In this document: positions 24,840 through 39,938 of the stretch, in pieces
How positions within the stretch are numbered: position 1 is the first letter of the stretch
Layout: each line of letters opens with the position of its first letter
NCBI GenBank assembly: GCA_051362555.1
Contig: CM120641.1
Coordinates: 27,224,401 to 27,288,400, forward strand
DNA from: Lingula anatina
Taxonomy: Eukaryota > Animalia > Brachiopoda
Length of the DNA: 64,000 nt
Direction: 5' to 3'
Made by a program: the position numbers and the translations under genes
Notes under the pieces: generated by a model
Databases searched by the model: none
Told to the model about the DNA's origin: nothing
The model's input: only the letters and a program-made list of their open reading frames with translations

Positions 24840-27800
24840 ATGAAGTGCAACGAGAGAGCTATGACGTTACTGGCACTGGTCTTCGGGACCGTAGCCACCA
24901 CTGGACTTTTCCTGGCTCTTACCACCACATACTGGCTCTACACGACAGAGAGACCGGAACAACTTTCATCGTCGGCGGCCAAGGAGAAGAAGAACACCAC
25001 AAGGGAAGAGGGGAATGTCACGTATGCCCATCTTGGTCTGTGGAGAGTGTGTTTATATTCCAAACAAGGTAATGAAGAGATGTAATTGTTATAAATGCAG
25101 TGGGAAAAGAGTTAGTACTCTCATAGTTGGATTAATAGAGTCTGCGTTAACTTGATCTAGCGGGCACTACATGTTTGATGTTACGGATCAACATGCAATG
25201 TTGACACAATTTATTTCCAAGGTTTTAATCAAAACCTTAACTTCAATAAGGATCCATTAACCCTGTTACAATTTTAGGTGTTGTTATTGCTAATGTTATG
25301 ATATAATACAATAAAAACCTTGCCATGACCCTTTCGCCTCTGTTGCTGCTAATGACTGTGTAGAGATAGACCCTGACATATTAATTACACAAAGTGCATC
25401 AATGGTTGAGTCTTTAAACTTCCCCCGGATGGGATCACACCTACAGTGCAGCTAATGAATTGCCTAGATGATCCTAGTTTCAAAGTATGCGGTTTTGTTT
25501 TTTATGATGTATATTTATCCCAAACCCTACCTTTATGCTAGTTTAATGACTGAAAAAATTAAAGATATGTATACAGCGATAAGACGCAGGCGTCATCATT
25601 TTGCTTCAAGCGTAATGTTATTGGCTAATAGGGGATAAAATACATTTATTACAAAATAGGCACATTTTTTATCAGTGTATTGAAAACTTGACCCCCTCTT
25701 CCATTGCATTTTATCAGTATCTGATAAAATGAAAGCTGTCACTTAATCATACGCATCTTGCTGTATTCAGATGATTTGAGCAAAAAACGTAGCTTAAGGG
25801 GACTTGCTAAGAATTTTCAGATATTTTCGTATGACATTTCATGAACTGCCGGTGGTCAGATTCCTGTTCAAAATATGTAACTCCTTTTGCAAATGGGGAA
25901 AGATGTTATGGTTCAAACAGAAAACTGCTTAATATTCCTAGACTATGCTATTCAAAAACACCCCTTTGGATAAATGCACAACACTTAAACTGCCCTAAAC
26001 GTGACAGAAAATGCTATTTCCGTAGTTACTCGATTAATTATGCATCATCGAAAATATCGCTCTTTTCACCGAATTTCGTCTGGTAAAAAAAAAGAAATGG
26101 GTTTGCTTGTAGTTAAGAATCTCATTAAATTTGTTGGATAATAATTAATTGCAGAAAAATGGAAAAAACAATATTAAGATATCCGTCTTATTTAAATGAG
26201 TCAGTAGCATGCATGTTGACAAATTTTAAGGGTAGGTTACCATTCAGAAAAGAAGCGACGGAGGTTGGAATGTCCATTAACTTCTGCTATCTGCCCTTGT
26301 GAGTAACGTGGTTGAAAAAAAAAAGAATATTTCTCTCAGCTCACCGAACGCCTTTGGTGTGAAATAAAAGCCACATAAATATAAGTTTTAAAAGTACTTC
26401 CAATCAAACAATGCCTTAAGACCCAAAAGATACGGTGTCGCTTCAATGTAATTGTCAATAAAACCCTCCCATTTGGTCAGTAAAATTCAGTAAAATTAAT
26501 TCGTGCTAAACTTAGATTCCCAGAGAATTTGAATCGACCGTGTCTAGGTAAATAACTATTTCAACACAATACGACGTGCACTTTAGACAAGCATTATGAA
26601 GAAATGCCAAAGATGATGTGCTGAAAATACATTTACAACGACGTCTATTTCTGAGTCAAAAAAGTACATGTACTTTAAAGAATTGATAAGATAACAGCAA
26701 CGTAAAATGCAGTCTATATCTAGTAGATGCCAGTAAATCGCATAAGTGCGATAGATCCCCAGGGTCAATCCCGGCAATTTCCATCGATAAATCGCCTTTG
26801 GAGGAAAGGACTTGGCGACGACGATTGAAACTGTTTCTCATGATTGTTTGGAATCGAAAACATTGCCCTTCTAATGTCGCTGTCAATTATGGGTGTAGAC
26901 TGAAGGGATAGAAGAAGCACTACATTGAGCTGTAACCGATTTATTCCCAGCGACTGGAATTCATTCATACCTAATTTACACTGTAAAGTGAACCCTGGCC
27001 GTAAAAATACAGTAGATGAAACCAGAGTGACGATCCTGTACGGGTGTGTTAGTATTCGTCCCTTGGTATATCTACTTACAAGAGCAAATAAATTTAAAAT
27101 TTAAAATTTTAAATTTTTCTATCGATTCCCACGTTTTTAATTTAGCTTTTAGTTGCTGAGTATATTAAAACACAGCCAATGTTATGGCTATCATTGATTG
27201 TGACAGTAATGCACGTGTTATCACCAAGCCCGCTTCGACTACCACAAATATGTACATGGAATGGCCATATTTCTGTGAGGCAATACCATAAAAGTGACAT
27301 TATATTTAAATGGGTCAGATGATGGGCAGTCGTGATCGCCGATGTTCGATAAAATATTTATCTGTTGAACGATTTCACATTATTTTCTAATAAAGAGTGC
27401 ACTGCTGTTTAAATTTTCATTACAGGATTTATAAAGGCGGCCTTTCGAATTTAAGAATGCGTATATACTTCGCAGAGAATCTACCGTTTCGGCTTTCCTA
27501 ACACGTGCTTTCAAGATAAATTTGCGACAACAGGGGCATCTCACAACAGGAACCTTATATTCAGCTATGTGCAGTGTCTTGAGTAGCTATGAAACATACA
27601 TCCCCTAAAGGCCAAGTGAAAGTCAACAAATTCCGTTTATAGACGTCAAATGTTTCGACTTGATTTGACATAAGCCCGTCGAGTGAAACCCGACTGTGCA
27701 TTCTATTGGAATTCAACTGTGGTAAAAAGGGTGACAAAAAATTGACCTACATGTACCAGCTCCCCTTCAGCCGTAGGTTTTAGTGAAAGTAGTACAATTT

Positions 27801-30800
27801 TTTGCATTTTGGTGCTTCTGAAGATATCAGATTGTGCCCCCTCCCCCAATTATCTAGTGGGATTATGATAGAAAGCGGAAAACCATTGTACGTATATCTC
27901 TCTGCTGTGGCATGATATGCTCCATTTACGGTTTACTTACCCAGTGTAACAACGATATAATGTATTTAAATTATACACGATTGAAAACGCGATCTCATGG
28001 TAAAAGTAACGGGAAAATGTGTAGCCTTAGCATTGTACATTGAAAAAGCCTAATATACATGTATCAGTCAGGTTAGAACCACACTGAAAACAAAGAGTTC
28101 GATGTTCAGTTATGGCCTACAGTATATTGCAAAATAATTAAATTTACCGGCGTGGTTAGGACAGCTATTATTTCAATTTTTGCTCGGAACAAATTAAACA
28201 CTTTTAAGTATACTTTTTTTTTTCGTTGTGGTGTTAATTGCTTAATGCAGAGATAAAGAGCAAAGCAATAGCACCTGCCAAACTGTTTTGTTTTTGTTTT
28301 TCAGCGGGTATCTCAAGAGGTCAGAAAAAAGTGCTATGTTCTGTTTGCGACATATGTTACGTATTTGAACGTCCATGGTGCTTTTTTTAACCAAGTTATC
28401 TATCGGCAGAATTGATCTTTCCTGAAACATCTGCCAATATGTGCTCATTAATTCTTACTTAGCAGCAATGTGCGCCGTTTAATGCAATTAGTAGGGCTCT
28501 CCTACGGTGTTCCTATTCAAAACAACGCTAAAATTTTCGACCATTTCTTTACAGACCCGGATAGACCCTCAGAATGTGCCAGCATCGACTACTTAAGTAA
28601 GGATCCGCCACAACTTCTGGGGCCCGAGAGGAAAAAACTGCCGTCAGAAATAACCCTCGCTCTTGCCAGTAAGTGTGAATGTTAATAACCAGATGGACCC
28701 AACAGAGATAGAGCTACAAGTACTGCTAGGGACACGCATATCAGATGCAGTGTAAATCATAAAATAGACGGTTGAAAACCCGTCAAGATACTGCACCGTA
28801 TTTAAGCTATTTATTCATGTTGTATTGATTTAATAATCATTACCGTTCTATAATGAAGAAAAAGAATTATTTCAATGAATATATCATTACTAACTGTACA
28901 ACGATCACATTTCGTGAGCCGTTCCGACAGCCTTTGCAGATTTTCTCACAATAAACAGTTTGAAGAAAAAAAAGACAATTTTCCAGTATTCTTTGTCATT
29001 TCCCCAGGCAAGGGGTAATTCCTAATTTTTTTTAAATTTTGAGTGAAATATCTTGACAAACCCTAAGCTCGAATCACAATTTTACAATTTACAATTCATT
29101 CAACATTCGTCAGGCTACAAAAGCAACAGAATAAAAGGTGCATCCAATGCACTACGAACAATATATGCTCTCTGGGCTTGAAGAACTCTCTGTCTACTCC
29201 AAGGGCAGAATTTCATGTGTCAAAACCCAGGGGAAAAGACAACATGGCCGCAGCTGCTAGTTGCTTGCTGAATATCATACTTTCGTAATAATGGGTACTT
29301 TATGGTGAGTCAGAGTTTCACTTTGTGGTTTTATTTAGCCTTGGTCCCTGCCCTCGTGTACTGTTGGCGACAAATATAGACTTTTTTGTGCGTAAGCCTA
29401 CTTTAGCAGTTAAATCTCCTGAGTCTTCGTAGGCAGACATTGCGCATGCAATGCATAATGCATCCACACATTTACGTTTCACGTGGCAGTGGTTTCTAAG
29501 CTTCGAACTATTTCAAGCGGCCATTTGAATTGCATGGATAATCATTTTTTTTTATCAAAAATGCAAATTTAGGTCAAGGGACTATTAGTGTTTGCCTAGA
29601 CACAGACGTGCACACACATTTCGACGGACACCCATCAACGTGAATCCCATGGGGCATTCAAATACGGATAAAAATTATATAATGACACACAGGGAAGAGA
29701 ACGGAGCAGTGTTTCAGAAAACAAACTAAAAAATTCAGATATAAACCAAACTTTATGCTCTTTAAGGTCGTGTTTCCATGTTTATGTAACCAGTAAAATG
29801 TTTTCAACTTGTTAACTGACTATTTCAAATAAGGAATGCACGCTCTTATATTTCAGTGCGCTATTGATTGACCAGGAAGCTTGCTTGAACGTTTGTTTTG
29901 TCAACTTCTGATGAAAATGCAAATGTTTCAGTCCTCGCTCTGGACTAAAGAGCAAATGCGAATAGGAAGTGCTTTGCACTAAGACGTTTAATACGACATA
30001 TCTGAAAGCCGCATCTCTCTAAATAGCATATATTATATTTGTAGGGATTTTGGGTACGAAAGAAACCACATATCATAAAGATTTACTTAATTTTAGTTAG
30101 AATATACGTTTCCCTTGCCAAAGAATTAATTTTCATTCGATTTAAAATGCAACTTAGTACAGTGCTTCGTTCAGTTGGCTTAAGCTAAACTAGAACATTT
30201 TGTTCTGAAAGCGTATATATATACTGACAGAGCATGTAGGTGTCAAACTTGACAGAATAATGTCTGATAAGCACTACAAAATAATCAAAAAAAGTCAGGA
30301 AAGGTAGTTTTTGTGGTTTGTCCCGCCACAAGCGTGTGCAAATCATTTTTAAAACTTAGTGTCCCTAAACGCTACCTCTCTTTTCATCCAGGCACTGAGC
30401 ATTCCATTGCCCTTTCCATTCCATCTTAATCAACCTGCTTTTAGGCAAATTTGGTCCATTAATAACTTAAAAGTGTGTCGACGTTGCTGCAATTTCTCCG
30501 AAGAGATTCTCTTTGAATATACAACAGATGTTGCCAATGGCTTCAAGACTCCACTATAGGAGGGTTTCTTCGAGGGGGGGGGGGGGGGTGGCCGTTAGGG
30601 TCAGTGTGCTCAATTTTGACGACTTAAAAGACTCAAAGAAATACGTAATTAAGGAGTACAGGCCAAATAATATAGGAATGCTGTCGTTATCCAATGGTTT
30701 TGATATTATTTGATAAAGTGGCATAATCATGATTTGAAAAAAATTAATTTCGAGCAACATGTCTGCCTGACACGCAACCAAATCGAAATTTCCGGCGAAA

Positions 30801-33435
30801 GTATGATGGATTAGAAATAATCACCCACGAGCGTGCACTCATGCTCAGCAGTATTGCTTTCATTCCTTGGTGGACCGTGTAAGCGTACTGATATATCTAT
30901 TTATTAGATATAATACATCCATTTGGAATTGAAGCTTTTTTTTGACAAATGCATTACTTGCCTAATGCAGCTGTAAGCATCGAAGCCCAACATTTCAGGT
31001 TTTAGATTTGACCATTCAAATTTTAACAATGGCCTTCGTTTTCAGATCGCGGAAGTCACTATATGGTATGATAAAGCAAGTACAACAGAGTGCCATTCAT
31101 ATTAACGATTGTTTGATTCAATATTGTTAGATTAAATGTTGATGATGTGGGTATACAGTATAAATTCCCAAGAAAACTATATTTTAATAGCTAAATTACA
31201 CCGACTTTGATCCATTTAGCAATTATGTTATATCATATTAATATTAGAATCATGCACATGAACCACTGTACATATGTAGGTACATGTATAAACGCGTTAA
31301 TTTCCAGATAATGCTCTGGAAATTTTAACATAATAATGGATTGTATCTTAGAGAGCTTCAACCCCGCAGTATGTACACGATGTGCAATTAACGTCAAGGG
31401 CAGATCGATAACTAGGGTTGCGAAAAGGCTTATCAATCTAAATTATCAATGTTTCAAATAACCAGAATTCGCGATTGAAACTGGAAAGTCTGACAGGCGA
31501 GCTAAAAGGGGGGACACGGGAGAAATCCTTCGTTTTTAATTGTACTTTATGCGCTGTATATGTTGTTAGTAATACATTAACAGGCGTTTAACCATAAACA
31601 CTGATACGGTCTGGCTCCATGTTAGCAATAACGCATAGCCCTGTGGGAATTTTAATGGCAGGCATGCCGTCACAAGTAGGACATGCACTAAGGCAGCATC
31701 CAGACGAGTACAATATCTCTGAAACATAATGAGATTACTTACATATACAACACAATAGCGCAGATATGATGGCCATTAACTCGAACCAAAATACTTGTAT
31801 TGTCTTTCAGAGGGCACAGGCATCGCCGCCCCCCTATGCACTAGTGGATTGGTCCTCCTTTTGATTGGGATAGTGATTTCTGCCATAGGCATCGTGAAAC
31901 GTGATTTCAAAATCCTGATCGGCTCAGTGTTTCACATACTAGCTGGTAAGCACTTGAAGTCATACCATTGACATTACTAGCAAAGATACCACAGGGGTTA
32001 TTCAGAATTGAAGACCCGAGTATCAACTGGTCCAAGGCTCAAATATGGCGGACCCTACATGAAAGGAAGACCGCTTAATCCTGTAATTGGCTCTCCGCCT
32101 CTCATGCACGTCTGGTCGAATGGAGCCGAGATTTAATTACTATTCAGAGACGACGCGTGGGGAGGCGTGTGAGAGGCGGAGAGACCATTACAGGATTAAG
32201 CAGTCTTCCTTTCATGTAGGGTCCGCCATATTTGAGCCTTGGACCAGTTGATACTCGGATCTTCTATTCTGAGATTGACATGCAACAGTACGAGGAGACA
32301 TCAGATTGATAGCAAGTCAATAGCATACAATTGATTATTCACTTCAGCGACTTCGTAATCAAGATGTCACCTTGAATAATACTTCATGCAACACTGTTAG
32401 TAGAATTCTATAATTCTTTTGTCAATAGCTTTGGAATAAAGATTCCGTTTGCTTACTTAAAGTAAAGTATATGTTTACTGCACTAGCTATTGAAGAGACT
32501 TGTACAATTCTTTTTAAATCACATAGTAAAACTTTTCAACAATATTGTTTGAACTGTACTTCATTCTACATATTTTAAAATTCCATATATTTTAAATCAT
32601 GATATATCGAATTTTACTTTTCAAGGGGCAAAAGCTTTTTATAAAACAACCTGTATATAACGTATGTGAGTTTTGCCCAAACGATTATTCCTTGTCAATT
32701 AGTAAATTTTCTAGATACTTCAACATCTGCATTTATGAGATGGGTATCAGTACTATTGGGAAATAATGTACCATTGACAAGCAAACTTATTTTATTGTTT
32801 GGTTGATTTTAGATGTCGCATGACCATACTAGGTCACGTCGAATTTGACCATTTTCTTTAAAATTCCTGCTACTGTGCAAGCTGAAGTAAAAAAGATTGA
32901 AGTATATGTTAACTGGTACCGGTTTGAAGTGTATGTAAAGATCCATAGAGGGACGCGAGTATAGCATGTCTGACGTCACATGCCAAAATGACACCCAACT
33001 CACAAACGCAATCAACGACGTTAAAAGATATTGCTATAATGCCACAGAGTTTCTGCAAACTTGCTTTACGTTTCATTCACAGGTTTGTGTCTCGCAAGTG
33101 CCGTTATTATCTATATATCCGCCATCAACGACGAAGTAGCCCACAGACCTCAGCCACAACCTGACGAAAACCCCGAAAACTTCCAATTCATATACACATA
33201 CGGCTGGTCGTTCTACTTTGCCGGGTTTTCCTTCATATTCACGGAGCTGGATGCCATAATATCCATCTTATTATATCTCAAACGGTACAAACATCTCGAC
33301 GACAAGATTCAGATGGTGCCTGGGTTGTACAGAAAGATTGAAAAGCACAATAAGGGGGGTCACACCAACCAAAGCTGTGATACGAGCGTAGAAGCCAACA
33401 CCAGTACGCGGGGTTCACCGACGCTTATTCTGTAG
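24840..33435 (+). CDS. Voltage-dependent calcium channel gamma / TARP (stargazin)-like, PMP22-claudin superfamily, ~276 aa
   Basis: Exons 24840-25068, 28555-28668, 31811-31945 and 33083-33435 (all introns phase 1, 831 nt). Four TM segments, W-LY...GLWRVC...C first loop, YISAINDE and YTYGWSFYFAG motifs. Confidence 0.85.
32002..32272. mobile_element. Long foldback element in intron 3 of the CACNG-like gene
   Basis: ~100-bp inverted arms: TCAGAATTGAAGACCCGAGTATCAACTGGTCCAAGGCTCAAATATGGCGGACCC... and ...GGGTCCGCCATATTTGAGCCTTGGACCAGTTGATACTCGGATCTTCTATTCTGA. Confidence 0.85.
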
Positions 33436-36400
33436 CACGACAGGACGGAATCACACTTCGGATTCTGTAAGAAGAGAAAGATTATTGTGGAATATGCCTA
33501 CTAATAAAGGGAAGTAATGAGGTAAAAAGTGTAGACTTCTTTTCACTACGAATACAAGACATTGCTCGTTAAGTTGCATCGTTTGGGCTCCGAGCCGTCA
33601 TCAAAACTTCTTCCTAGGCAGTCAGCCTTTATTTAGTTAATCGTTCATAATAGACTGCTCTTAGATGATCCCAGCTTCGGAGTTTCCATTTTGATTGTGG
33701 TCCTTACTATATCCAGGTGTGACAGGAATGGTAGTCCGATAGGAACCGCAGTCCGTTTCCCATGACTACGTACAGGTGACAGTCGTCCCATATAGGCCTA
33801 CTAACCCTTACCGGTACATGTACCAATCATATTATATAGGACCTCGGCCTTCCATTCTTGGGACTACCATTCCAGTAAACTCCGGTATGGATCGAAACCA
33901 CGATCACACCCCACTCAATTGATAACAACTGAAAGAAAATTCGGAGACTTTCGAAGCAATTCAATACCTGTATGTTACATATCTGTACATAGGGGGTAGT
34001 TATTCTAAAATGTTAAAATATCATCGAAATAATATCAGAACTATTAAATTGTAACTGTATTATTCGGGTTTTACCAATGATGTCAAAGGTCTTTCTACTT
34101 CAATATACCGGTCGATTTATGAAAAAGACGGGTAAGTCGTTTTGCACTTTATTACCGGTACATGTATATATTTAATCGGTCTGTATATACACTTTTTATA
34201 TTTGATTTCAGATTATTTAATTATAAGTTTTACTGTATTATGAAAAATGTGATAAGATATGTACTTAATTAAGGGCATTTGATTGTGAGAACTTAATTGT
34301 AAATAATGCCTGCAGTATGAAAATGATTTCAGCATTAGTTTAACACGTGCACATTTGTTGTATTACATGTATACCAATGTGCTGCATGCATTGTAACATA
34401 GGCATACATAGACGCACTATACTATGAAAAATATCTAAAATCAAATGTACTTTTTTATGTTTATCTCCAAGAATAGCAGAAGTACAAGAGTCCAAGTATA
34501 GCAGAGATACAGCAGAGATAGTAAAATAGAATAAGTCTTTACTTAGAGAACAAATAACACCTGTCACAAACGAATGATATTTTATCTCTAAATAGTCTAA
34601 ACAATATTTACATGTATATAACATTCGGCTCTTACAATGCAGGCGATTAAGACGCATAATATTACTTACTGTAGAAAGCATGGCATGTAGTGCGCTTACG
34701 CATATCAATAAAACAACTTTTCATTGCGTTTAGGTTTGTATTGGTTGGGTTTGGTCTAAAATGACCTAGCAACTGTATGTAACAATAATAATAATAATAA
34801 TAAAAATAATAAGTCAGACTTGTAAAACAGTCGATTATAAATCAAAGCGTCACAAAATAAAAAAAAAATATTAAATAAAGACAAACCTGTGTTATACGGT
34901 TTACTTGGTATTTATGAAGCCTCCGAGTCACATTTTCAAGGGAAAAGATAAGGCATATAGAAAAATCCCTACCCCTGAGAGTGAAGCAAAGAATTGGAGA
35001 ATATTATACCATTCCATTCTAATCATTTGAGACTCAGTTGGGAGTTCGTGTCATTTACCGCTATGAATAGTGGACCCGCATATTCTGACAGATGTTGGAT
35101 TGACGAACACTCAGATAGTAGGATTACTTTAACGCAATTACAGCATTCAATTGTGTCGAACATAAATTGAATCGATCCAATGCTATAAATGATACGCAAT
35201 CCAATAAACCAGACAACCGTAGCAATTGAAAAGAATGTGCCAGGCGCAACTGATGCAATGCAGCACCAGACGGGCCTGACATCCATCCATTTCGATAGAG
35301 CTCAGGAAGCGATAAATAGGCACCAAGATATAGTCAAGTGGCATGAATATAAGTTCGGGCAAACTATAGTGAGTTCAGTAACTGATTAATATTAGATGGC
35401 CTGAATATGTCATGTTGAGGATATTGCAACAGGATAAGCTGTAAAAAATACCAACTAGACAGAAGATAGCACAAGTGCATATAGGGTTTTAATGGCGAGA
35501 GATAACAGAAAAAAAGTTTGTAGGATATGGATTTGTTGACATTGAATTACTCTCGTGGGAAAACGTATTAATGAGCGATGGAAATCCATCATAGAAGAGA
35601 AATATTCCCTAAATGCTGCCGTTTGTCAGTCTAAAAATTCACGTTTCATTGAGAACTTTGGGTACAAAATATCGAATTCAGGTGCACTGGTCGAGCAGTG
35701 ATCTACATTAGGAGAAAATGGCTATTTTTCTCGAGGAAAATTAGACTTGCCACGAAAAATCAGTGAAGAATAGCTTTAAACGTAGATATAGGCGTCCCAG
35801 GGGAACTTTCTGTCGTTTAAGAGTTTTTATAAGTCCTCTAGTGCGATTTTTTATTCAGTGTATTCTCAACAATCCCATGCACTGCGTTATTTTGTTTGAA
35901 TGTTTTCAACATAGCATATTTGAGCGCTGTGGTATGAATCCATTGCAAATACATGCTTCATTCTAACACTATGGAAACACTTGTTTTAAATTTGGATTGA
36001 AGACGTTTAACGTAGTGACTACAAAATCAATTTAAGTCATAGGATTGGAATACTAGGAAGAATGAAATTTCAATAAGCCCTGTTTATAAAATTTTAATTT
36101 AAAAATGATTGCGTTCGCGTATTTCACCTGGTTATGTGAGAAAAGGGAATCACTGAGTTTCTTAAATAAACTGGATCACAATATTTGAAGATTTGGTCAT
36201 TAAATTTCTGTTCAAGTAAAAAAAATACTCGTGGACAATAGGCATTACTCGGAGCGCTAAAAGATGGTGTAAATTTTGGCGCCTTGAACAAATTGAATGC
36301 GCAAATGAATTTTAATATTAAAATATTATGCTGTGTTTTGCTGCTAATTTTCCAGTTATTTTCAGCTAAGTTATTAGATCTTCATTTTATAATTATTTGC

Positions 36401-38564
36401 TTCCTAAACACGACTTTTCCAAACTCCGTTGTACCTTTTAGCAAAAACATTTATCACGCAGATGAAAAACTTCAACTTTTCAACATTTGTATACTGTTGG
36501 CCAACTATATTGATATTGTGCGGTCCACAAATGCACACTGCCATGTGTTTTTCTGGGTGCTCATACATGTACCACGGGGCCGATGTAAACAAACCAGAAA
36601 AGTCTGTGCAATCTTTAAATCTCATTTGGCCACTATCCTAACATTCTGTTGACCAAGGAGCAAGCTTTTATTGACACGCCTTCAGCTGTTGACTCGGTTA
36701 GATAACGATTCATTCGCATTCGACCAAATATGATTATTGCGTAATTTTTATGACAGTGTGTCTATTTGCATGGAGACTATAAGAGTGAATATGCCCATCA
36801 TATAGCAAACTGAAGATGAAATAATTCATGATGGTTAAAACAGCGTTCGGGGCGTGGCCCAGTGTAGCTGTGTCACACAATCCCATGGGTATAAGGAAGC
36901 AAATGTTTAGCCATACGATTGAGCTGAAATGGTGTCCTTTCTCTATGATTGCGTCAAAGAGAATACCGCCTAAAAGGCACCATGAATTATTCAATTAGTC
37001 AAATAACTAGCAAGCATTCTAGCCCAAAATAAAAGTGAAATCAGAGCTCGTTTTGATACCAGTCTACATACGGCATTTCATTTACCATACGTAACACCGC
37101 ACGACAAGTGTTTCTGCGTTATTTCCGTCTTCGAAAACCCCATAATGCTCTTCATGATATTACATGAATGAAAGAATTTTGCTTTATTCCATCATCAGAC
37201 CGTTGGCCTCCTTTCATAAGCATGGCCACGAACTTGACAGTACATATCGAGGCACAAATGGGCGCTAATGAAAATTCAATTAGAACCTGATAAGCGTAAT
37301 AAAAACTGTCAAGTAGGGCCTATATTTAAGTGATAAAGTTGTACATCAGCGACTATTTATTCTTGGACACAAAAGTTGTCTGATTTTCCCATGTATTTTT
37401 TTTAATTTTTTCACATGATTGGTGAATCACTATAAACATAGATGCATATGGAAAATAAATAACCTTGTTCTTGCTGTTTCTGTACCAGATGCGAAGGAAT
37501 AAGTCTAAATAAGGAATAAAAAAGTATAACTCGTGTGACATTAGGAATATGTTAGACTATGTGATGTATCAAGTATACTGACTGAATAAAAATTAGGAAA
37601 TAGAAAATCAAAATTCACTGAATTTCTTTTCGTATAAGCTTGTCCATGTCGTTCCGCAAGAGCGAAATGCTATCCATTTACAACATTTTACCTCCAAGTG
37701 ACTATACACAAAATCACTTATCAGTATATATTATTATGTAAATAAATTAATGATCACGTGCCATTAAAAAGGGGTAGAGAGATAAACTTATTTCATCTTT
37801 TTTCATCACAAAAATCCATTTTAAATATGAAGCTGTTGTTTAGGGAAAAAAATCGAGAAACATCGCACTGTTAACAGCTTGATCCTACAGAGTTGACGCT
37901 TGTTATCTACATACGCCGTTTCCTTTGAGCCTACATTTAAACCGACCAGAATAATTAGTGCTGAACACCTCCAAGTCATGTAGATACCACGCATTTCTGA
38001 GATTTTCTTTCATCTTTTCCATTTTTTTTCGCCCAGTACGAGTCTGTTTGTTAAGGATTACCAGGCTGACAAGCACCGGTCCCGTGTTTTTACTTGTTTT
38101 ACATTGAGTATTGAAATGCGTCGGCGTTGACGTATACGTAGCATTATGACAATCCCATTGGTTCTTTTACTTCGATTCTCTCAGACCACTTGACCACGAC
38201 CTAAGGGTGACCTATCCCTTCTTGGTGTGGGCTTCGGATGAAAGGTTAGATTGTACAATTATTTACAGTTCAGCTCAACAAGGTTTGTCTTCTTTTCTTT
38301 GTGCTTTTCAAACTCCGTGGCAGGTGGAAATTTAGAACGCTTCCAGGCACGCAGCGCTTAAAGGCCGAGGCGGAGAATCGGGTGTCTGTCGGCATTAGTC
38401 GGTGATCTGTCCCCTTATCTGAGCGTGATTGCAGACAGCCATACCTGGCGGACCCGGCGTAAGGACAACACACGAGGGAAGAGAACGCACGTGAAAAGTG
38501 GGATGTTTTAAAGAAGGCAGACCCAGAAATGTAATACCTTTATTTCAAAATCAACGCCAACAAC

Positions 38565-39905
38565 ATGAGACGTGTGTTGATTTGGATCTGTGTTGCCTTT
38601 GTGATAGCGCTGCTGATAACAGAATTAGGTAAGTATTTTTGTTGAACTAAAAAAAATGATTAATTGGTTTTGTATTTATATCACACCTTTGCTATTGGCA
38701 GTTCGGGGATGTTGGAGGTAAATATCAGAAAGGCGCTGTGTATGTATGTGGCGGCATTATGTCACCGATTTTCTTCATCAAGTGCGGTTACTTCATAACG
38801 TGCATTATTTCCTAACCTTAACGTGGTTGTTATTTGTCCTGTTTAACGCAGAATACCGAGTGTTCCACGCGACTGGCCAATATTCAGCACAATTAGCCCT
38901 CGATAAAAGACTTCACGGGTTCTTGCTAGAGATTTTATGCATTCATCTGCTCGATTTGGCGGTCGTGATCTAACCGTCTGGCGGTCATGTTTTTTTTCTG
39001 TTTGGTGCCACAAGGTGAGCAAAAGCTGTTTATGTGGTGCAATTGCTCGTAGCCGGTTGTGTAATATTCAAAATATTAATTGTGCGTTACCTTTTTAAGA
39101 GTAAGGGCACGCACTGGCCGACAGCACTCTCTGCATTTTAAGAGAGAGAAAATGAACGGTCAGTGTAATTGGGAAACCAGTCTTGACGGTATATACTGAT
39201 ATATTACAAAAAAATACAATGTATTTTAGAAACCCTGTCTACGCGCAGTAGGCATTTGGGCAAATTGATTATTAATTAATGAATTAATGAATTAATTAAT
39301 TGTATTTAAAGTAGAAAAAATGTATATTTCATTTTTTGACAGCCCGGCAAGTATGCATTGCTATCTTGAAATTGAATTACACTTTTCATTCTAAATTACT
39401 TCAGCAGTGTCGAGATAATTTTATATCGGTACATGATGCTTTCCCTCCTTTACCAAACACGAGACAAAAGTTTAGCTTCCCTTACTCTACCCATTTCTAG
39501 TTTTGGACTTGCACATATCAAACCAAAACCCAACAAACGTGCGCCCGAGCGCTCCATTGAGAAAATTATGTATTTCTGTTGCGCGTCAAACAAGAATGTA
39601 CATATACACCCATTAAGTCCTGTTAGCTTTGCCATACAAAGGCGCGAAATGTTGTAGTTTGTCTTAAGACGTTAGGACAAGGTCCGCCTAACTCAAACAC
39701 AATGTGATAAGGCGCTATCTGCTAAGCTCCACATCCACACAGTTATTTCTGCCAAATATTGCAGAGAACCTCGAGGTGCTCCCTAATTTATTGCCACACT
39801 GCTGTTTGGTGTGTGTCAAACAAGATTAGATGTGTACATTCGGTCAGTGAGAGCAGCCCACCATACTAACTGGTCAATCCAACTCTCGGGGGTGGGCGTG
39901 GGGTG

Positions 39906-39938
<33 letters not shown>

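Noticed and set aside
35020-35630. Coding-looking stretch with short ORFs, a possible decayed gene or TE
   Set aside because: Multiple stops and no motif I can recognise. A translated search would be needed.
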